A DNA stretch of 60,443 nt from an uncultured Gemmatimonadota bacterium (GTDB taxonomy: Bacteria; Gemmatimonadota; Gemmatimonadetes; Palauibacterales; KS3-K002), in the NCBI GenBank assembly GCA_964347815.1, contig CAYGAJ010000001.1:1-60443 (forward strand), given 5' to 3'. Below are positions 15,928-25,828 of this stretch, piece after piece. Numbering within the stretch: position 1 is the stretch's first letter; every line of letters begins with the position of its first letter. The notes under the pieces were generated by a model. That model made no database searches and was not told the origin of the DNA. It saw only the letters and a list, made by a program, of their open reading frames with translations. Position numbers and translations under genes: made by a program.

Positions 15928-17163
15928 TCAGGGGCTCCAGACCGGATCCCGGTCGTTTGCAGGATGGTTGGTGAGGTTGAGCAGGCCCGTGCCGTCGGCG
16001 TTCATGACGTAGATCTCGAAGTTCCCGTCCCGATCGGTCTCAAACGCGATCCTCCTCCCGTCGGCCGACCAGGCCGGAGCTCGATCCGCTCCCGGGTGGT
16101 CGGTCAATCGGACGAGGTTCGTGCCGTCGATGTCAATCAAGTAGATCTCGAAGTTACCGTCTCGATCGCTGGCGAAGGCGATCTTGCTTCCGTCGGGTGA
16201 CCAGGCGGGATCGTCGTCAGTGGCCGCGTTCGAGGTGAGGCGAGTGTAGCGATCGGTGACGCTTGAAGCTTCGAGATCGTACAGCCAGACATCCAGATTG
16301 GAGTAGAAATCGTCCGCTACCGCGATCTTCGTCCCCCCGGGTGACCAGCTGGGAGACTTGGTTAGAAAACCCAGGCTGATGATCTGTCGCGTTACGATTA
16401 CTCTGGAGCTTTGTGAGGTGCCCTCCTGGTACGCTAGGCTATCTTCGAGCGATAAGGCGGGAGCCTGCTCGGAGGTCGTCCTCACGGTGTATCGTGTCTT
16501 CCCCGTGCCATTCGCATTCATGTAATAGATGTCGAAGTTGCCAGCCCGGTCCGAAGCGTAAGCCACTTGGGTGCCGTCGTGTGATACTGCCGGAGTGATG
16601 TCGCTAGCGCCGGGATCCCTCGAGAGGTTGAACAGACCGGACCCATCGAAGTCCATGGCATAGATCTCGGGCCTGCCGCCATCTCGGTCGGTGCTGAATA
16701 CGATCTTGCCTTTGAGGGGAGCTGAAAGAAAGCAGGTGAACTGGAATTCTGTCGTCGTCGTATCCCCGGCGGCAACGGACACGTCTCGCAACCTCGGGCC
16801 GGCGAGCTCACAGTTTTGCGCGACATCTGACAACTCGACGATGTAGTCGCCCGGTTGCTCCCGAGTAAAGACGGCGCGATCCGTCACGCTCAGAACTCGG
16901 CTTTCGATGGTGGGACCACCACCCGGGTCGGCGCTGAAGACGCTCACGACGTAGCCATCGGGGTCGAGCTCGACGCCGTCCGTCGACGTCACGACCTCGA
17001 TCCAGCCGGTCGAGGGCACCGGCGGCGGACCGGCAGGCTCTTTCCCGTTGCAGCTGGCGATGCAGCCCAGGCAGGAGAGCAGGATTACGGCGATGGAACG
17101 CGACCGTGGGGGCCGAGTCGGAGGGCTCGATTCGGGCTTGGGCCGAGTTCCAACTGGAGACAT
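15928..17163 (-). CDS. TolB-like beta-propeller lipoprotein (PD40/WD40-like repeats)
   Basis: Repeated DGxxIAFxSDRDGNFEIYxxxxDGT units. The N-terminal hydrophobic segment ends in the lipobox-like IASC. Confidence 0.8.
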   Translation of the reverse strand: MSPVGTRPKPESSPPTRPPRSRSIAVILLSCLGCIASCNGKEPAGPPPVPSTGWIEVVTSTDGVELDPDGYVVSVFSADPGGGPTIESRVLSVTDRAVFTREQPGDYIVELSDVAQNCELAGPRLRDVSVAAGDTTTTEFQFTCFLSAPLKGKIVFSTDRDGGRPEIYAMDFDGSGLFNLSRDPGASDITPAVSHDGTQVAYASDRAGNFDIYYMNANGTGKTRYTVRTTSEQAPALSLEDSLAYQEGTSQSSRVIVTRQIISLGFLTKSPSWSPGGTKIAVADDFYSNLDVWLYDLEASSVTDRYTRLTSNAATDDDPAWSPDGSKIAFASDRDGNFEIYLIDIDGTNLVRLTDHPGADRAPAWSADGRRIAFETDRDGNFEIYVMNADGTGLLNLTNHPANDRDPVWSP

Positions 17164-17193
17164 GGCGGATCAACCGTCGTGGCGTTTGCCGCT

Positions 17194-18183
17194 TTAACGG
17201 GTATGCAGCTCTACAATGTCGCCGTCCACGAGCACGTGATCCTCGCCCACGCGCTGACCCTGGAACCTGCCCGAGGCGCCCCAGACTCTTCCGAATCGGA
17301 AGTTGGCAAGGATCTCCTTGTGGATCTTGGCGGCCAGGTCGCGCACCGTGCTGCCGGTCGGTAGGACGAACGGTTCGCCCAGATCGGGTTCTTTGCCGGG
17401 CTGCTTGGTGAAGACACGGCTGATGCGCATGACGTCGTAGACTGCGCGCTTGAAGTCGTCGATGCCGCGGCCGCTCTCAGCGGAGATCGCACAGATCGGG
17501 AAGCGGCCGGCGAAGCGCTGCTTTAGCCGCTCCAGCGTCGCCTCCACACCGGGCGCGTCCAGCTTGTTTCCGGCCAACAGCGTCGGGACGCAGACCTCGA
17601 AACCCTGGCGTTCGTCGGGCACCGTGCCGATGAGCACGACATCGCGCTCCTCCATCGCCTTGAGGATGAAATCGATCGCGTCCGGCGCATTCGGGTCGGA
17701 GAGGTCGGCGACCAGAACGCAGGCATCGGCGCGTCGAGCCAGCTCGGGGATCCACCCGACATCGAAGTCCTCGGACCAGGCGGGCGTATCGATGAGCTGA
17801 ATCTGAATGTTCTCGAACGGCATCATCGCCGGTATCGGCGACTGCGTGGCAAAAGGATAATCCGCGACGCGCACATCCGCGTGGGTGACGTGGGCGATGA
17901 GCGCCGACTTGCCGGCGTTGGGCGGGCCGATCACCGGGACCTGTCCGGCCCCGACCTTCTCGATGACCCATTGTGGCACCTGCCGCGCGGCCGGTGCCTT
18001 CTTGGCCTGGTCCTTGAGCTGAGCGATACGCCGCTTGATGTCCGCCTGCAGCTTGTCGGTGCCCTTGTGTTTGGGCATGACGGCGAGCATTTCACGGAGC
18101 GCTTCGATCTTCTCCTCGGCCGTATTGGCCTGGCGAAATCGCTTCTCGGCGGCGTGGTAGATCGGTGGCAGGTTCGCGGGCAT
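17194..18183 (-). CDS. DRG-type OBG-family GTPase with C-terminal TGS domain (329 aa)
   Basis: ATG at 18183 (MPANLPP). N-terminal KHKGTDKLQADIKRRIAQLK helix, G1 GPPNAGKS, G3 DTPA, G4 GNKLD. TGS-like tail VRDLAAKIHKEILANFRFGRVWG...GDIVEL. Confidence 0.85.
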   Translation of the reverse strand: MPANLPPIYHAAEKRFRQANTAEEKIEALREMLAVMPKHKGTDKLQADIKRRIAQLKDQAKKAPAARQVPQWVIEKVGAGQVPVIGPPNAGKSALIAHVTHADVRVADYPFATQSPIPAMMPFENIQIQLIDTPAWSEDFDVGWIPELARRADACVLVADLSDPNAPDAIDFILKAMEERDVVLIGTVPDERQGFEVCVPTLLAGNKLDAPGVEATLERLKQRFAGRFPICAISAESGRGIDDFKRAVYDVMRISRVFTKQPGKEPDLGEPFVLPTGSTVRDLAAKIHKEILANFRFGRVWGASGRFQGQRVGEDHVLVDGDIVELHTR

Positions 18184-18379
18184 AACGGTTCTGGCGTCAA
18201 TCCTTCGGGTGCGTGCCGGCTCGTTAGGAAAAGCTGCCGGATCAACGGCCGGGTGGCAACGGGTTCGTGCGCCGCCGGGCGCCGTGGGGCCGTCCACCGC
18301 TCACGAAGATAAGTTGCCTGCGGCCGAGCCGCCTCCTATCATGAGGATGGCACCCGTCACCCGCGCAAAGAGGCGCCCC

Positions 18380-18868
18380 ATGGAAGGTGAGTCGTCACGA
18401 CGCTTTCGACTGGAGCTGGGGGGCAAGACCTACAGTCTGAGCGAGGCGGAGTTTTTCGGTGTCCTGTTCAACCTGGTCACCGCGCTGGTTTTCGAGAAGC
18501 GGGCCGACCGCGCCACCTACATCTTCACGGTCGGCGACTCAGAGCTTTCAGGCTCGGGCAGCTCGCACTTCGACCCTATCTGCGTCAGCTTGTACCGGCA
18601 TCTAAAGGAAGAGCCTTGCCCGGGTCCCGCTTATCCGGATCTGACCGGCAAGGCCCGGTCTTTCCGAGTCCATTCGCTGGTGGATGCGCTGGAAGCCGTG
18701 GCCTTCTTCCTCAAGGCCGGTGAATGGGTTCCGCACTTCTTTCTGGGTTTGGCGGACCGCGATGTGCTGATCGTACACGAGCGAGGCACCCGCACGCGCG
18801 TGCTGCTGGACGATCCCGGGCTGGTGAAGAAGTTGTGCGGGTCGTTGCCTGATTTCTCTGCGGCTTGA
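18380..18868 (+). CDS. Hypothetical protein (162 aa)
   Basis: High G/C at third codon positions in this frame. AGAGG lies 7 nt before ATG 18380 (alternative ATG at 18341). No domain recognised. Confidence 0.5.
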   Translation: MEGESSRRFRLELGGKTYSLSEAEFFGVLFNLVTALVFEKRADRATYIFTVGDSELSGSGSSHFDPICVSLYRHLKEEPCPGPAYPDLTGKARSFRVHSLVDALEAVAFFLKAGEWVPHFFLGLADRDVLIVHERGTRTRVLLDDPGLVKKLCGSLPDFSAA

Positions 18869-18920
18869 GAGAGGGGGGGCTAAAGCGACCTACCGCCCAC
18901 CGCCTACCGACCACCGGTCC

Positions 18921-19769
18921 CTACGGTCGAGCGGCGACCACGGTCAGCCAGTTCCGGGGCCAGGCGGAGACCTTGAGCTCGTCGAAGGTCTCGCTAAGTG
19001 ACGCGACCAGCACATCGCTGGCCGTTTTCAGCGGCACACCGGGCAACGCCCCGGCGATGAAATCGGAAAAGCGGCTCAGGTCCACCCAGCCTTGTTGGGT
19101 GATTTCGCTCGGAACGATCTCTTGAGTCTTCACCTCGAACCCGGCCCCCTCGAGCAGTTCGCGGTACTGGTCGGGCGTCAGCTGGTTTCGCGACTCCACC
19201 CTGTCGCGCGAGGGGCGCAGGTTGTATTCGGTCTTGAGCTGCCGCAGCGCCTTCATCATCCAGCGCCGGTAGTAGGCGATCGTTTCCGGCGGTAAGGCGC
19301 CTTCGAAGAAGCCGGTGTTGAAGGCGAAGATCCCACCCGGCCGAAGCGTGCGGTGAATCTCCTTCACCAGGCCGGTCTTGTCCTCTATATAGTGTATGCC
19401 GTTGCAGAAGACGACGGCGTCCGCAGCGCGCTTGATCGACTGGGAGAGATCCTCTGCCCGGGCCTGAACGAACTCGATGACGGCATCATAGACGCCGGCA
19501 ACCTTCTGCCGGGCGTCTCGAAGCGCCGTTGCGGACATGTCGACGCCGATGACCATCGCGTCACGCGCGCCACGGATCTTCTCGAGGATTAGCTCGGTGA
19601 CGGCCCCGCTGCCGCAGGCCACGTCGACCACCGTCCAGCCGCGCTTGAGCTGAGCGCGATCCACCAGACATTCGTTCACCTTTCGGTAAAACGCATGCTC
19701 GCTGAACGCCTTGAAGGAGTATTCCTCGACGCCCATCTGCGGCTCCTCGGTCATGTCGTGTGTTTCCAT
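18921..19769 (-). CDS. Class I SAM-dependent methyltransferase
   Basis: Motif I VVDVACGSGAVTELIL, with post-I and motif II/III spacing typical of Methyltransf_11/25 proteins. Confidence 0.85.
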   Translation of the reverse strand: METHDMTEEPQMGVEEYSFKAFSEHAFYRKVNECLVDRAQLKRGWTVVDVACGSGAVTELILEKIRGARDAMVIGVDMSATALRDARQKVAGVYDAVIEFVQARAEDLSQSIKRAADAVVFCNGIHYIEDKTGLVKEIHRTLRPGGIFAFNTGFFEGALPPETIAYYRRWMMKALRQLKTEYNLRPSRDRVESRNQLTPDQYRELLEGAGFEVKTQEIVPSEITQQGWVDLSRFSDFIAGALPGVPLKTASDVLVASLSETFDELKVSAWPRNWLTVVAARP

Positions 19770-19932
19770 TGGACACTAATCTATGAAGAAGCCCCGCTCG
19801 CCGCGAGTCCTTGCCACGGCGGGCCCGCCGGCCCTACCCTTAGGCGGCACTCCAGCCCGGACACCCCAGACATCCGTGCAGCTTATGGACGGCACGCCGC
19901 CGTGCGGCCGGCGTGCATCCAGGGAGGGGAAG

Positions 19933-20979
19933 ATGGATGCGCTGGTGCTGCTGCTACTCTCGGCGTTGTTACTGGGCGCGATCTGGCTCGCGTGGCGGCT
20001 GTCTCGCGCGCAGAAGGAGCTCGAGAGGTTGGCGGAGACGCCGCCCGCGTCGCTGCACCTCTTGCAGCGAGAAGTTCAGGCGCTTCGGTCGGGTGTCGAC
20101 GAACGGCTGCGTGAGAACTTCCAGCAAGCTCAGGAACTGAGCCAGCGGATCGGGCGGCTGCAGCAGGCCACCCGACAAGTCGAGAGGCTAAGTGTGGGGC
20201 TCGACGAGCTGCAGAAGATCTTGCAGCCGCCGCAGCTGCGTGGAGCGTTCGCGGAACGGCTGCTCGAGGAGGCTCTGGCCGATCTGCTACCGCGGGAACG
20301 CTTCGCGCTGCAGTACACCTTCCCGACGAGTGGCGTGCGTGTGGATGCCGCCGTTTTTCTCGGAGAGGGACGTCTGCTTGCGCTCGATGCCAAGTTCCCG
20401 CTCGACAATTTCCGTCGTTACCTCGACCAGCGTCAGAATTCGGAGTCCGGCGGTGAGGCGGCGCGACGCGCGTTCGCCCGTGATGTTCGGCGTCATGTCG
20501 ACGAGGTCGCCGCGAAGTACCTGTCACCGGACGACGGGTCTATCGACGTGGCACTCATGTATATCCCGTCGGAGTCGATCTTTCACGAGATGTCGCTGGA
20601 CGGCTTCGAGCTGGATGGGGAGCCACTCATGCGCTACGCGCTGTCGAAGCGCGTCGTGCCGGTTTCGCCGAACACGCTCTACGCTTATCTGACGGTCGTG
20701 CGGTTGGGTATGTCGGGGTTTCGGCTGCAAGAGAGTGCCCGCGAGCTGCTGGCACACCTCGGTCACCTGCAGTCCGATTTGACCGAACTGGGCTCCGAGC
20801 TGGCCAGGGCCGTGCGGCAGGCGCGCCACTCGCTCACCAACATGACCCGCGCCGAGCGGGTTCTGAACCGGGTGCAGATGCGCCTGAACGGGCTGGGCGA
20901 AGGGGTGCAGCCGGCTCCGCCTACTTTCGAAGGCGGCGGTGGAGGTCTTCGAGGAAACTCCCCAGTTGCTCCGGGCTGA
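19933..20979 (+). CDS. rmuC: DNA recombination protein RmuC
   Basis: ATG at 19933 follows GGGAGGGGAAG. N-terminal TM helix, coiled coil, then LRGAFAERLLEEAL...VDAAVFL...LALDAKFPLDNF...ALMYIPSESIF, which is typical of RmuC. Confidence 0.85.
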   Translation: MDALVLLLLSALLLGAIWLAWRLSRAQKELERLAETPPASLHLLQREVQALRSGVDERLRENFQQAQELSQRIGRLQQATRQVERLSVGLDELQKILQPPQLRGAFAERLLEEALADLLPRERFALQYTFPTSGVRVDAAVFLGEGRLLALDAKFPLDNFRRYLDQRQNSESGGEAARRAFARDVRRHVDEVAAKYLSPDDGSIDVALMYIPSESIFHEMSLDGFELDGEPLMRYALSKRVVPVSPNTLYAYLTVVRLGMSGFRLQESARELLAHLGHLQSDLTELGSELARAVRQARHSLTNMTRAERVLNRVQMRLNGLGEGVQPAPPTFEGGGGGLRGNSPVAPG

Positions 20980-21412
20980 CCAGCAGGCGCTGAGCCCGCA
21001 CGTAATAGACCCGCGGGATGACCGGAAGTCGGAGAGGCCGCCAGAATGAGAGCTCCGCTACCGGTCCGATCTTCGTCACGACCGCGATCATGTCCCTAAG
21101 GTTCGTGCGGACGCCGAGCCCGCCCAAGATACTCCACTGGGTCTCCCTCACCTTCGCCACTTCGCTCAGCGGGATCGTCTCGTCGAAGAAGACGCCCAGC
21201 TTGACCCGCAGCTCGTTTTCGCCGATGTCGACGAAGGCGTCGCCCAGGCTGCGCCCCAGCCACATCAAGCCGCCGCCGACGGCGAGTGGAACCGCCAGCG
21301 GCCCCACCGCTCGCTTGGCGGCAGCCTTGGCCAGACCGAGGGCACCGGCAAACAGGCCGCCCCCGGTTGTCAAGGCGGCCAGCGTTTCCCTTCCAGCGAG
21401 CGGATAGCGCAT
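20921..21412 (-). CDS. Hypothetical membrane protein, possible bacterial PH-like domain (163 aa)
   Basis: ATG at 21412 (MRYPLAG), two hydrophobic segments, then a beta-rich C-terminus. The 3' end overlaps the rmuC 3' end by 59 nt (convergent). Confidence 0.45.
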   Translation of the reverse strand: MRYPLAGRETLAALTTGGGLFAGALGLAKAAAKRAVGPLAVPLAVGGGLMWLGRSLGDAFVDIGENELRVKLGVFFDETIPLSEVAKVRETQWSILGGLGVRTNLRDMIAVVTKIGPVAELSFWRPLRLPVIPRVYYVRAQRLLVSPEQLGSFLEDLHRRLRK

Positions 21413-21600
21413 TATCTTTCCCCGTCCTTGGCACAAGCGTTGGTCAAAGGCAGACCGGTGGCCGGCCCGGATGCGCCACATTGGGCAATCTACGTTCTTC
21501 GAGCAAACCCTGGAATAACCGCTGCGCTCGTTGTGTGCGGGCATGATCGGTCAGGCGGATCGGTACATCGGCGCCGGGTGTTGCCCGGTCGGGAGGATCG

Positions 21601-22956
21601 TTGGCGCTGGCAGGTAATGTGAGTGGTCCTTCAGGGGGGTGGAGCGATAGCCGGATCGCGCGGGCGCTCCGCTCGTCGACCGCAAGGCGGGTCTACGCTG
21701 TCCTGCTCGTACTGCTGGTCGCTTTTCTCTGGTACAACATGGTGCGCCGGGCGGTCAACGGTCACGGCTCGCAGTACGACGATTTCATACGTTTCAGCCG
21801 GGACCTGGTGTACGCCAAGCTCAACGTGTACAGGGAGTACCCGGCCGATTACACGATCACCAAGTATCCGCCTTTCTTCGGCCTGCTGTTCGCGCCGCTG
21901 GTCCCGCTGCCCACGATCATCGGGGCGTCGCTCTGGTTCTGGCTGAGCCTGGGGTTGGCCGTGGGCGCGGCTTACCTGTGCGCCGTCACCGTCGGCGGAC
22001 CGGAAAATGCGCGTCGGGACAAAGTCTTGATCGTCCTGCCGCTGGTGCTGACCGCCGGGATCATCGGGAGCAATCTCGAGACGGCTCAGGTCAACACGGT
22101 CACCCTGGTGGTCGTTTGTCTCGCTCTTTACGCCGTTCGAAAACGCGCCGATCTCGCCGCGGGCGGCCTGCTGGGACTCGCCACAGCGCTCAAGCTGACG
22201 CCCGGGCTATTCGTTCTCTACTTCTTATACAAGCGGGCCTACCGCGTCGTGCTGGGCGCCGGCCTGGCCGTCATCGTTTGCTGGTTCCTGATTCCGCCGC
22301 TGGTGTTCGGCCCTGCCAACTTCGTTGAGATCATGGTGGGGTGGTACGACATAGTCAGCGGCTTCATTGCGGAGGGCACGCTCGCCGAAGGTCTGCAGGG
22401 GTTCAGGGACACTAACCAGTCGCTGGCCGCCGCCTTTCACCGTTACTTCACTGAGGTTCCCGCGCGTTGGGACCGCGGCGGCGTGGGCAGCTTCTACGTG
22501 AACCTCTTCTCAATGAGCCTGGGCACGGCGGATCGCCTGATCAAAGCGATGGTCCTGGCGATCCTCATCTTCCTGGCCGCGGTCTGCCGGACCCCGCTGG
22601 GCCATCGGGACCGGCCTGTCCTCGCGCTCGAGTACTCGCTCATTTGGATCGCCACGTTGTTCGTGTCGCCGATCTCGTGGATCAACCATTACGTCTTCTT
22701 GCTCTTCCCTTACGCCGCGGCGGTGTATTACGTGCGCACGAATCAAGGGGACGCCGGCACACGACGTTTGCTGCTCTATACCGGCCTGGTCTCGTTCGTC
22801 CTGGTCTCGTCCTCGGCCTGGAGGTTGATGCAGGCGTTCTCGCTGCCGGTGCTGGGCGCCATCGTGCTGGCCGCCGGCCTGTCCGTGGCGCTGGTGCGTG
22901 AAGGCCGAGTGGGGTCGGGGCTTTCCGGTCTCGCGCCCGATCGGACGGTGGCCTAA
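21601..22956 (+). CDS. Polytopic membrane glycosyltransferase, GT87/DUF2029-like
   Basis: ITKYPPFFGLLFAPL motif near the first loop and about 10 or more TM helices. Non-ATG start (TTG 21601 or GTG 21619), so the start is uncertain. Confidence 0.7.
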   Translation: MALAGNVSGPSGGWSDSRIARALRSSTARRVYAVLLVLLVAFLWYNMVRRAVNGHGSQYDDFIRFSRDLVYAKLNVYREYPADYTITKYPPFFGLLFAPLVPLPTIIGASLWFWLSLGLAVGAAYLCAVTVGGPENARRDKVLIVLPLVLTAGIIGSNLETAQVNTVTLVVVCLALYAVRKRADLAAGGLLGLATALKLTPGLFVLYFLYKRAYRVVLGAGLAVIVCWFLIPPLVFGPANFVEIMVGWYDIVSGFIAEGTLAEGLQGFRDTNQSLAAAFHRYFTEVPARWDRGGVGSFYVNLFSMSLGTADRLIKAMVLAILIFLAAVCRTPLGHRDRPVLALEYSLIWIATLFVSPISWINHYVFLLFPYAAAVYYVRTNQGDAGTRRLLLYTGLVSFVLVSSSAWRLMQAFSLPVLGAIVLAAGLSVALVREGRVGSGLSGLAPDRTVA

Positions 22957-22979
22957 CCCGACGCACCGCCCGTTCGGCG

Positions 22980-23900
22980 TCAGGCCGTGCGCGAAGCCGC
23001 TCCGTCCGCTAGACGAACATCGATCACCGGAGTCTGCACGATCTCGAAGGTGGCCGAAGCGAGGGCGACGCGGCCGCCGGTCTCATCGACCTTCTCGAGG
23101 ACGCGCTGCCACAGCTCGTCTTTGGTCGTGCGCCGTTTCTTGTAATCGACGACGTATCGGAGCGTGAACTCCAGCCAGTTGTCGTTGGCGATCAGCGTCA
23201 CCATCGGATCGATCCGCGCATCTTCGATCCGGTAGCGGTTGACGATCTGTTTCCAACCTTCTCTCGCGGTCGCCGCGTAGCCACCGACGGTCTCATTGGC
23301 GACCTGGACGAGCAGCTCGCGTGCCAGGCGTGTGTCACTGCCGTACCGCACCGGAACGACGATCTCGTCCCATAAGAACGGGAAGTCGCCGGAATAGTTG
23401 AACACCGGATCCTTGAAAACGAAGCTGTTGGCGACCCGGACGATGCGGCCATTGTACTGATCGGCGTTGATCCATTGGCCGCACTCCATCAGCGTCGTCC
23501 GCAGTATCCCGATGTCGATCACGTCGCCCTTGATGCCGCCGAGCTGGACGCGATCGCCGACGCGGTAGAAGGTGGCGAAGTTGACGGCGACCCAGCCGGC
23601 CACGCTGGCGATGACCTCCTGAAGGGCGAAAGCCACGCCCGCACCGGCGACCCCGAAGGCGACGGTGAGGCGACCCAGCCGGTCGCTGAACACCGCGGCG
23701 AGCAGGAGCAGGCCCGCGGCGTAGCCGATGAAGGTGACGAACTTCCGCGTGCGGTACCGCGCGTCCGAGTCTTTGATGTGCGGCGCGATCGCACGCTGTG
23801 CGATACGCACGACCACATGAATCACTAGCAACCCGAGGACGGCGGCGAGCAACTTGCCCACGGTCGGGTCGAACAACCAGCGCTGCACAAAATCCTCCAT
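22980..23900 (-). CDS. Mechanosensitive ion channel family protein (MscS-like)
   Basis: GGAGGAACCC precedes the ATG at 23900. Three TM helices, then the beta-domain motif RVGDRVQLGGIKGDVIDIGILRTTL. Confidence 0.85.
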   Translation of the reverse strand: MEDFVQRWLFDPTVGKLLAAVLGLLVIHVVVRIAQRAIAPHIKDSDARYRTRKFVTFIGYAAGLLLLAAVFSDRLGRLTVAFGVAGAGVAFALQEVIASVAGWVAVNFATFYRVGDRVQLGGIKGDVIDIGILRTTLMECGQWINADQYNGRIVRVANSFVFKDPVFNYSGDFPFLWDEIVVPVRYGSDTRLARELLVQVANETVGGYAATAREGWKQIVNRYRIEDARIDPMVTLIANDNWLEFTLRYVVDYKKRRTTKDELWQRVLEKVDETGGRVALASATFEIVQTPVIDVRLADGAASRTA

Positions 23901-23984
23901 GGGTTCCTCCGTTAGCCGAGGCGTCTCGTTTCGCCGGTTCGGACCCTCCGCTCCGGCGCCGCGCCCGGTGACGCCCGCGCTGGC

Positions 23985-25697
23985 TCAGCTCTTCGGTACA
24001 AGGTTTTGCAGCGGGTTGAGTCGGAACGCCGGCGCGGCGTAGTCCTTCGGCAGATAGTCCTGCGGGATGTTGATCTGGTGCCCATCCCTCACGGCCGAGA
24101 AGTGCGGCGACATGATCTCGACACCCGCCTCGTTGAACTTGTCCTGGATGTTCTGGTGCAGCTCCGAGTAGATCTTGGCCATCATCTGAGGCTTATCGGT
24201 GTAAGCGTTCAGCTCGTAGCTCACGTAGAAGTCGTCGAGGCTCGTCTGTAGAACGAACGGTGCGGGTTCCTCCTCGACGTTTTCCGTATCACGCGCCGCC
24301 GCCAAGAGCAACTCGTGCACTTGCTTCCACGGTACATCGTAGCCGATGGTGACGCCGGTATGCAGGATGAGGCCGGTCCGCGCCGACGTGCTGTAATTGA
24401 TGATGTGGCTGCCCAGTACCATGGCGTTGGGCACGGTGATGTCGACGTTCTTGGTCGTACGCACGTATGTGGCGAGCAGCGTTCGCTCTGTGACGTCGCC
24501 GACGGTATCGGAGATCTTGACGCGATCCCCGATGTCGAACGCACGCGTATAAGTGAGGACGACGCCGGCGACGATGTTTGCGATCGCACCCGTCGATCCT
24601 AGAGAAAAGAGGACACCGAGAAACAGCGAGACGCCTTTGAACGCGTCGGAACCGGCGCCGGGCAGGTACGGGAAGATCGCTATGGCCGTGAACGCAATGA
24701 TCAAGAACCGGACGATCTTGAAGGTCGGCCTTGCCCAGCCCTTGTAGAAGCCGGGGAGTGCTATCGTTCCCTTGCCGATCTCGTTAAAGATGAGCTTCGT
24801 GAACTTTATCAAGTAATAGGTGACGAGTATGATGACGGCGATAAAAAAGAGGTTGGGCAGGTAGGCGACGAAGCCGCGTGCCACCGCGCCGAGAGGTGTG
24901 CCGATGAAGCGGTAAATGATGGCGGCATAGCCTCGGGTCCAGGGGAAAAACCCCAGTATCAGGGGAAGACTGAAGTAGAGTACCACTATCGTAGCCGCGA
25001 CTCGGGCCGCCTTTGCCAACCAGATGAGCAGGTCGGTGAGTCGAGACGAAGTTGCGAGCGTCAGTCGTTGAATTTTCAGCGACGGAATCCGCGTGTCTCG
25101 CCAGGAGTCCAGCTTGGCATAGAGCTTCGGAAAGAGCTTGCCGAAGATGAAGAAGATCAGCGCCAGTGCGATGAGCGTCAGCGCCGTATAGCCCGCACCC
25201 AGCAACAAGCTGGTCAAGCTGTACTGTCGGTGAAGCTCTTGTAAGGTAGTGTCGATCAGCGTCGCCAGCTCCGTCGCCAGCTCCTGACGCGGGCGCCCTG
25301 CGGCCCGCGCGTCGCGGTCCGTGACGCTCATGACGATCCGGTCCCCGATGAGGAGGTCGGACGAGGTCTCTCCCTCCTCGATGCTCACCGGCTCGACGCT
25401 GGAGAGCGGATCCTTATAGATCCTCTCCAGCCGTTCGGCGATGGTTCGGGCGCGGTCCTCGGGTGTGAAAGAGAGCACGCGTTCCTGCACATAGAAGAGC
25501 GTGCGGCCGCGCAGGACCACCGGCGCTCGCTCGGGCCCCGGTTGCGCCGCCGGCTCCTGCTGAGCGCCGGGCTCCTGCGCAGCAGGTCGTTGCGCCTGTA
25601 CCGTGTCGACTTGGGCACGCCCGGGCGTTGGCACGGCCAGCGCCAGAGCCAGCGCAGTGGCCGACAGCGTAGCCCGCGTATAGCGCCATTTCTTCAT
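23985..25697 (-). CDS. Mechanosensitive ion channel family protein with N-terminal signal peptide and periplasmic extension
   Basis: ATG at 25697 follows GGAGGTAACG (MKKWRYTRATLSATALALALAVPTPGRAQ). MscS core FDIGDRVKISDTVGDVTERTLLATYVRT. Confidence 0.85.
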   Translation of the reverse strand: MKKWRYTRATLSATALALALAVPTPGRAQVDTVQAQRPAAQEPGAQQEPAAQPGPERAPVVLRGRTLFYVQERVLSFTPEDRARTIAERLERIYKDPLSSVEPVSIEEGETSSDLLIGDRIVMSVTDRDARAAGRPRQELATELATLIDTTLQELHRQYSLTSLLLGAGYTALTLIALALIFFIFGKLFPKLYAKLDSWRDTRIPSLKIQRLTLATSSRLTDLLIWLAKAARVAATIVVLYFSLPLILGFFPWTRGYAAIIYRFIGTPLGAVARGFVAYLPNLFFIAVIILVTYYLIKFTKLIFNEIGKGTIALPGFYKGWARPTFKIVRFLIIAFTAIAIFPYLPGAGSDAFKGVSLFLGVLFSLGSTGAIANIVAGVVLTYTRAFDIGDRVKISDTVGDVTERTLLATYVRTTKNVDITVPNAMVLGSHIINYSTSARTGLILHTGVTIGYDVPWKQVHELLLAAARDTENVEEEPAPFVLQTSLDDFYVSYELNAYTDKPQMMAKIYSELHQNIQDKFNEAGVEIMSPHFSAVRDGHQINIPQDYLPKDYAAPAFRLNPLQNLVPKS

Positions 25698-25828
25698 CGT
25701 TACCTCCATCTTTGGGTGCATCTCGCCGAGACGGCGGTCCGGCAACGGGCCGCCATACACGCCGTTTTTTTTGTGCGAAGTGGACTGAGAAGGGTCTGAA
25801 GGTAAGCCGTTCCGCGCAAACAATCCAG

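Noticed and set aside
20921-20979. The 59-nt convergent overlap of the rmuC 3' end with the hypothetical membrane gene, considered as possible antisense regulation.
   Set aside because: The RmuC tail here is Gly/Pro-rich and poorly constrained, and the partner gene is low-confidence. The overlap is most simply an annotation artefact or incidental.
25739-25772. A T8 run (25765-25772) preceded by a weak GC stem, considered as an intrinsic terminator.
   Set aside because: Its orientation fits a + strand transcript only, but both flanking genes are on the minus strand, where it reads as an A-run before the stem. The stem is also only ~4 bp.
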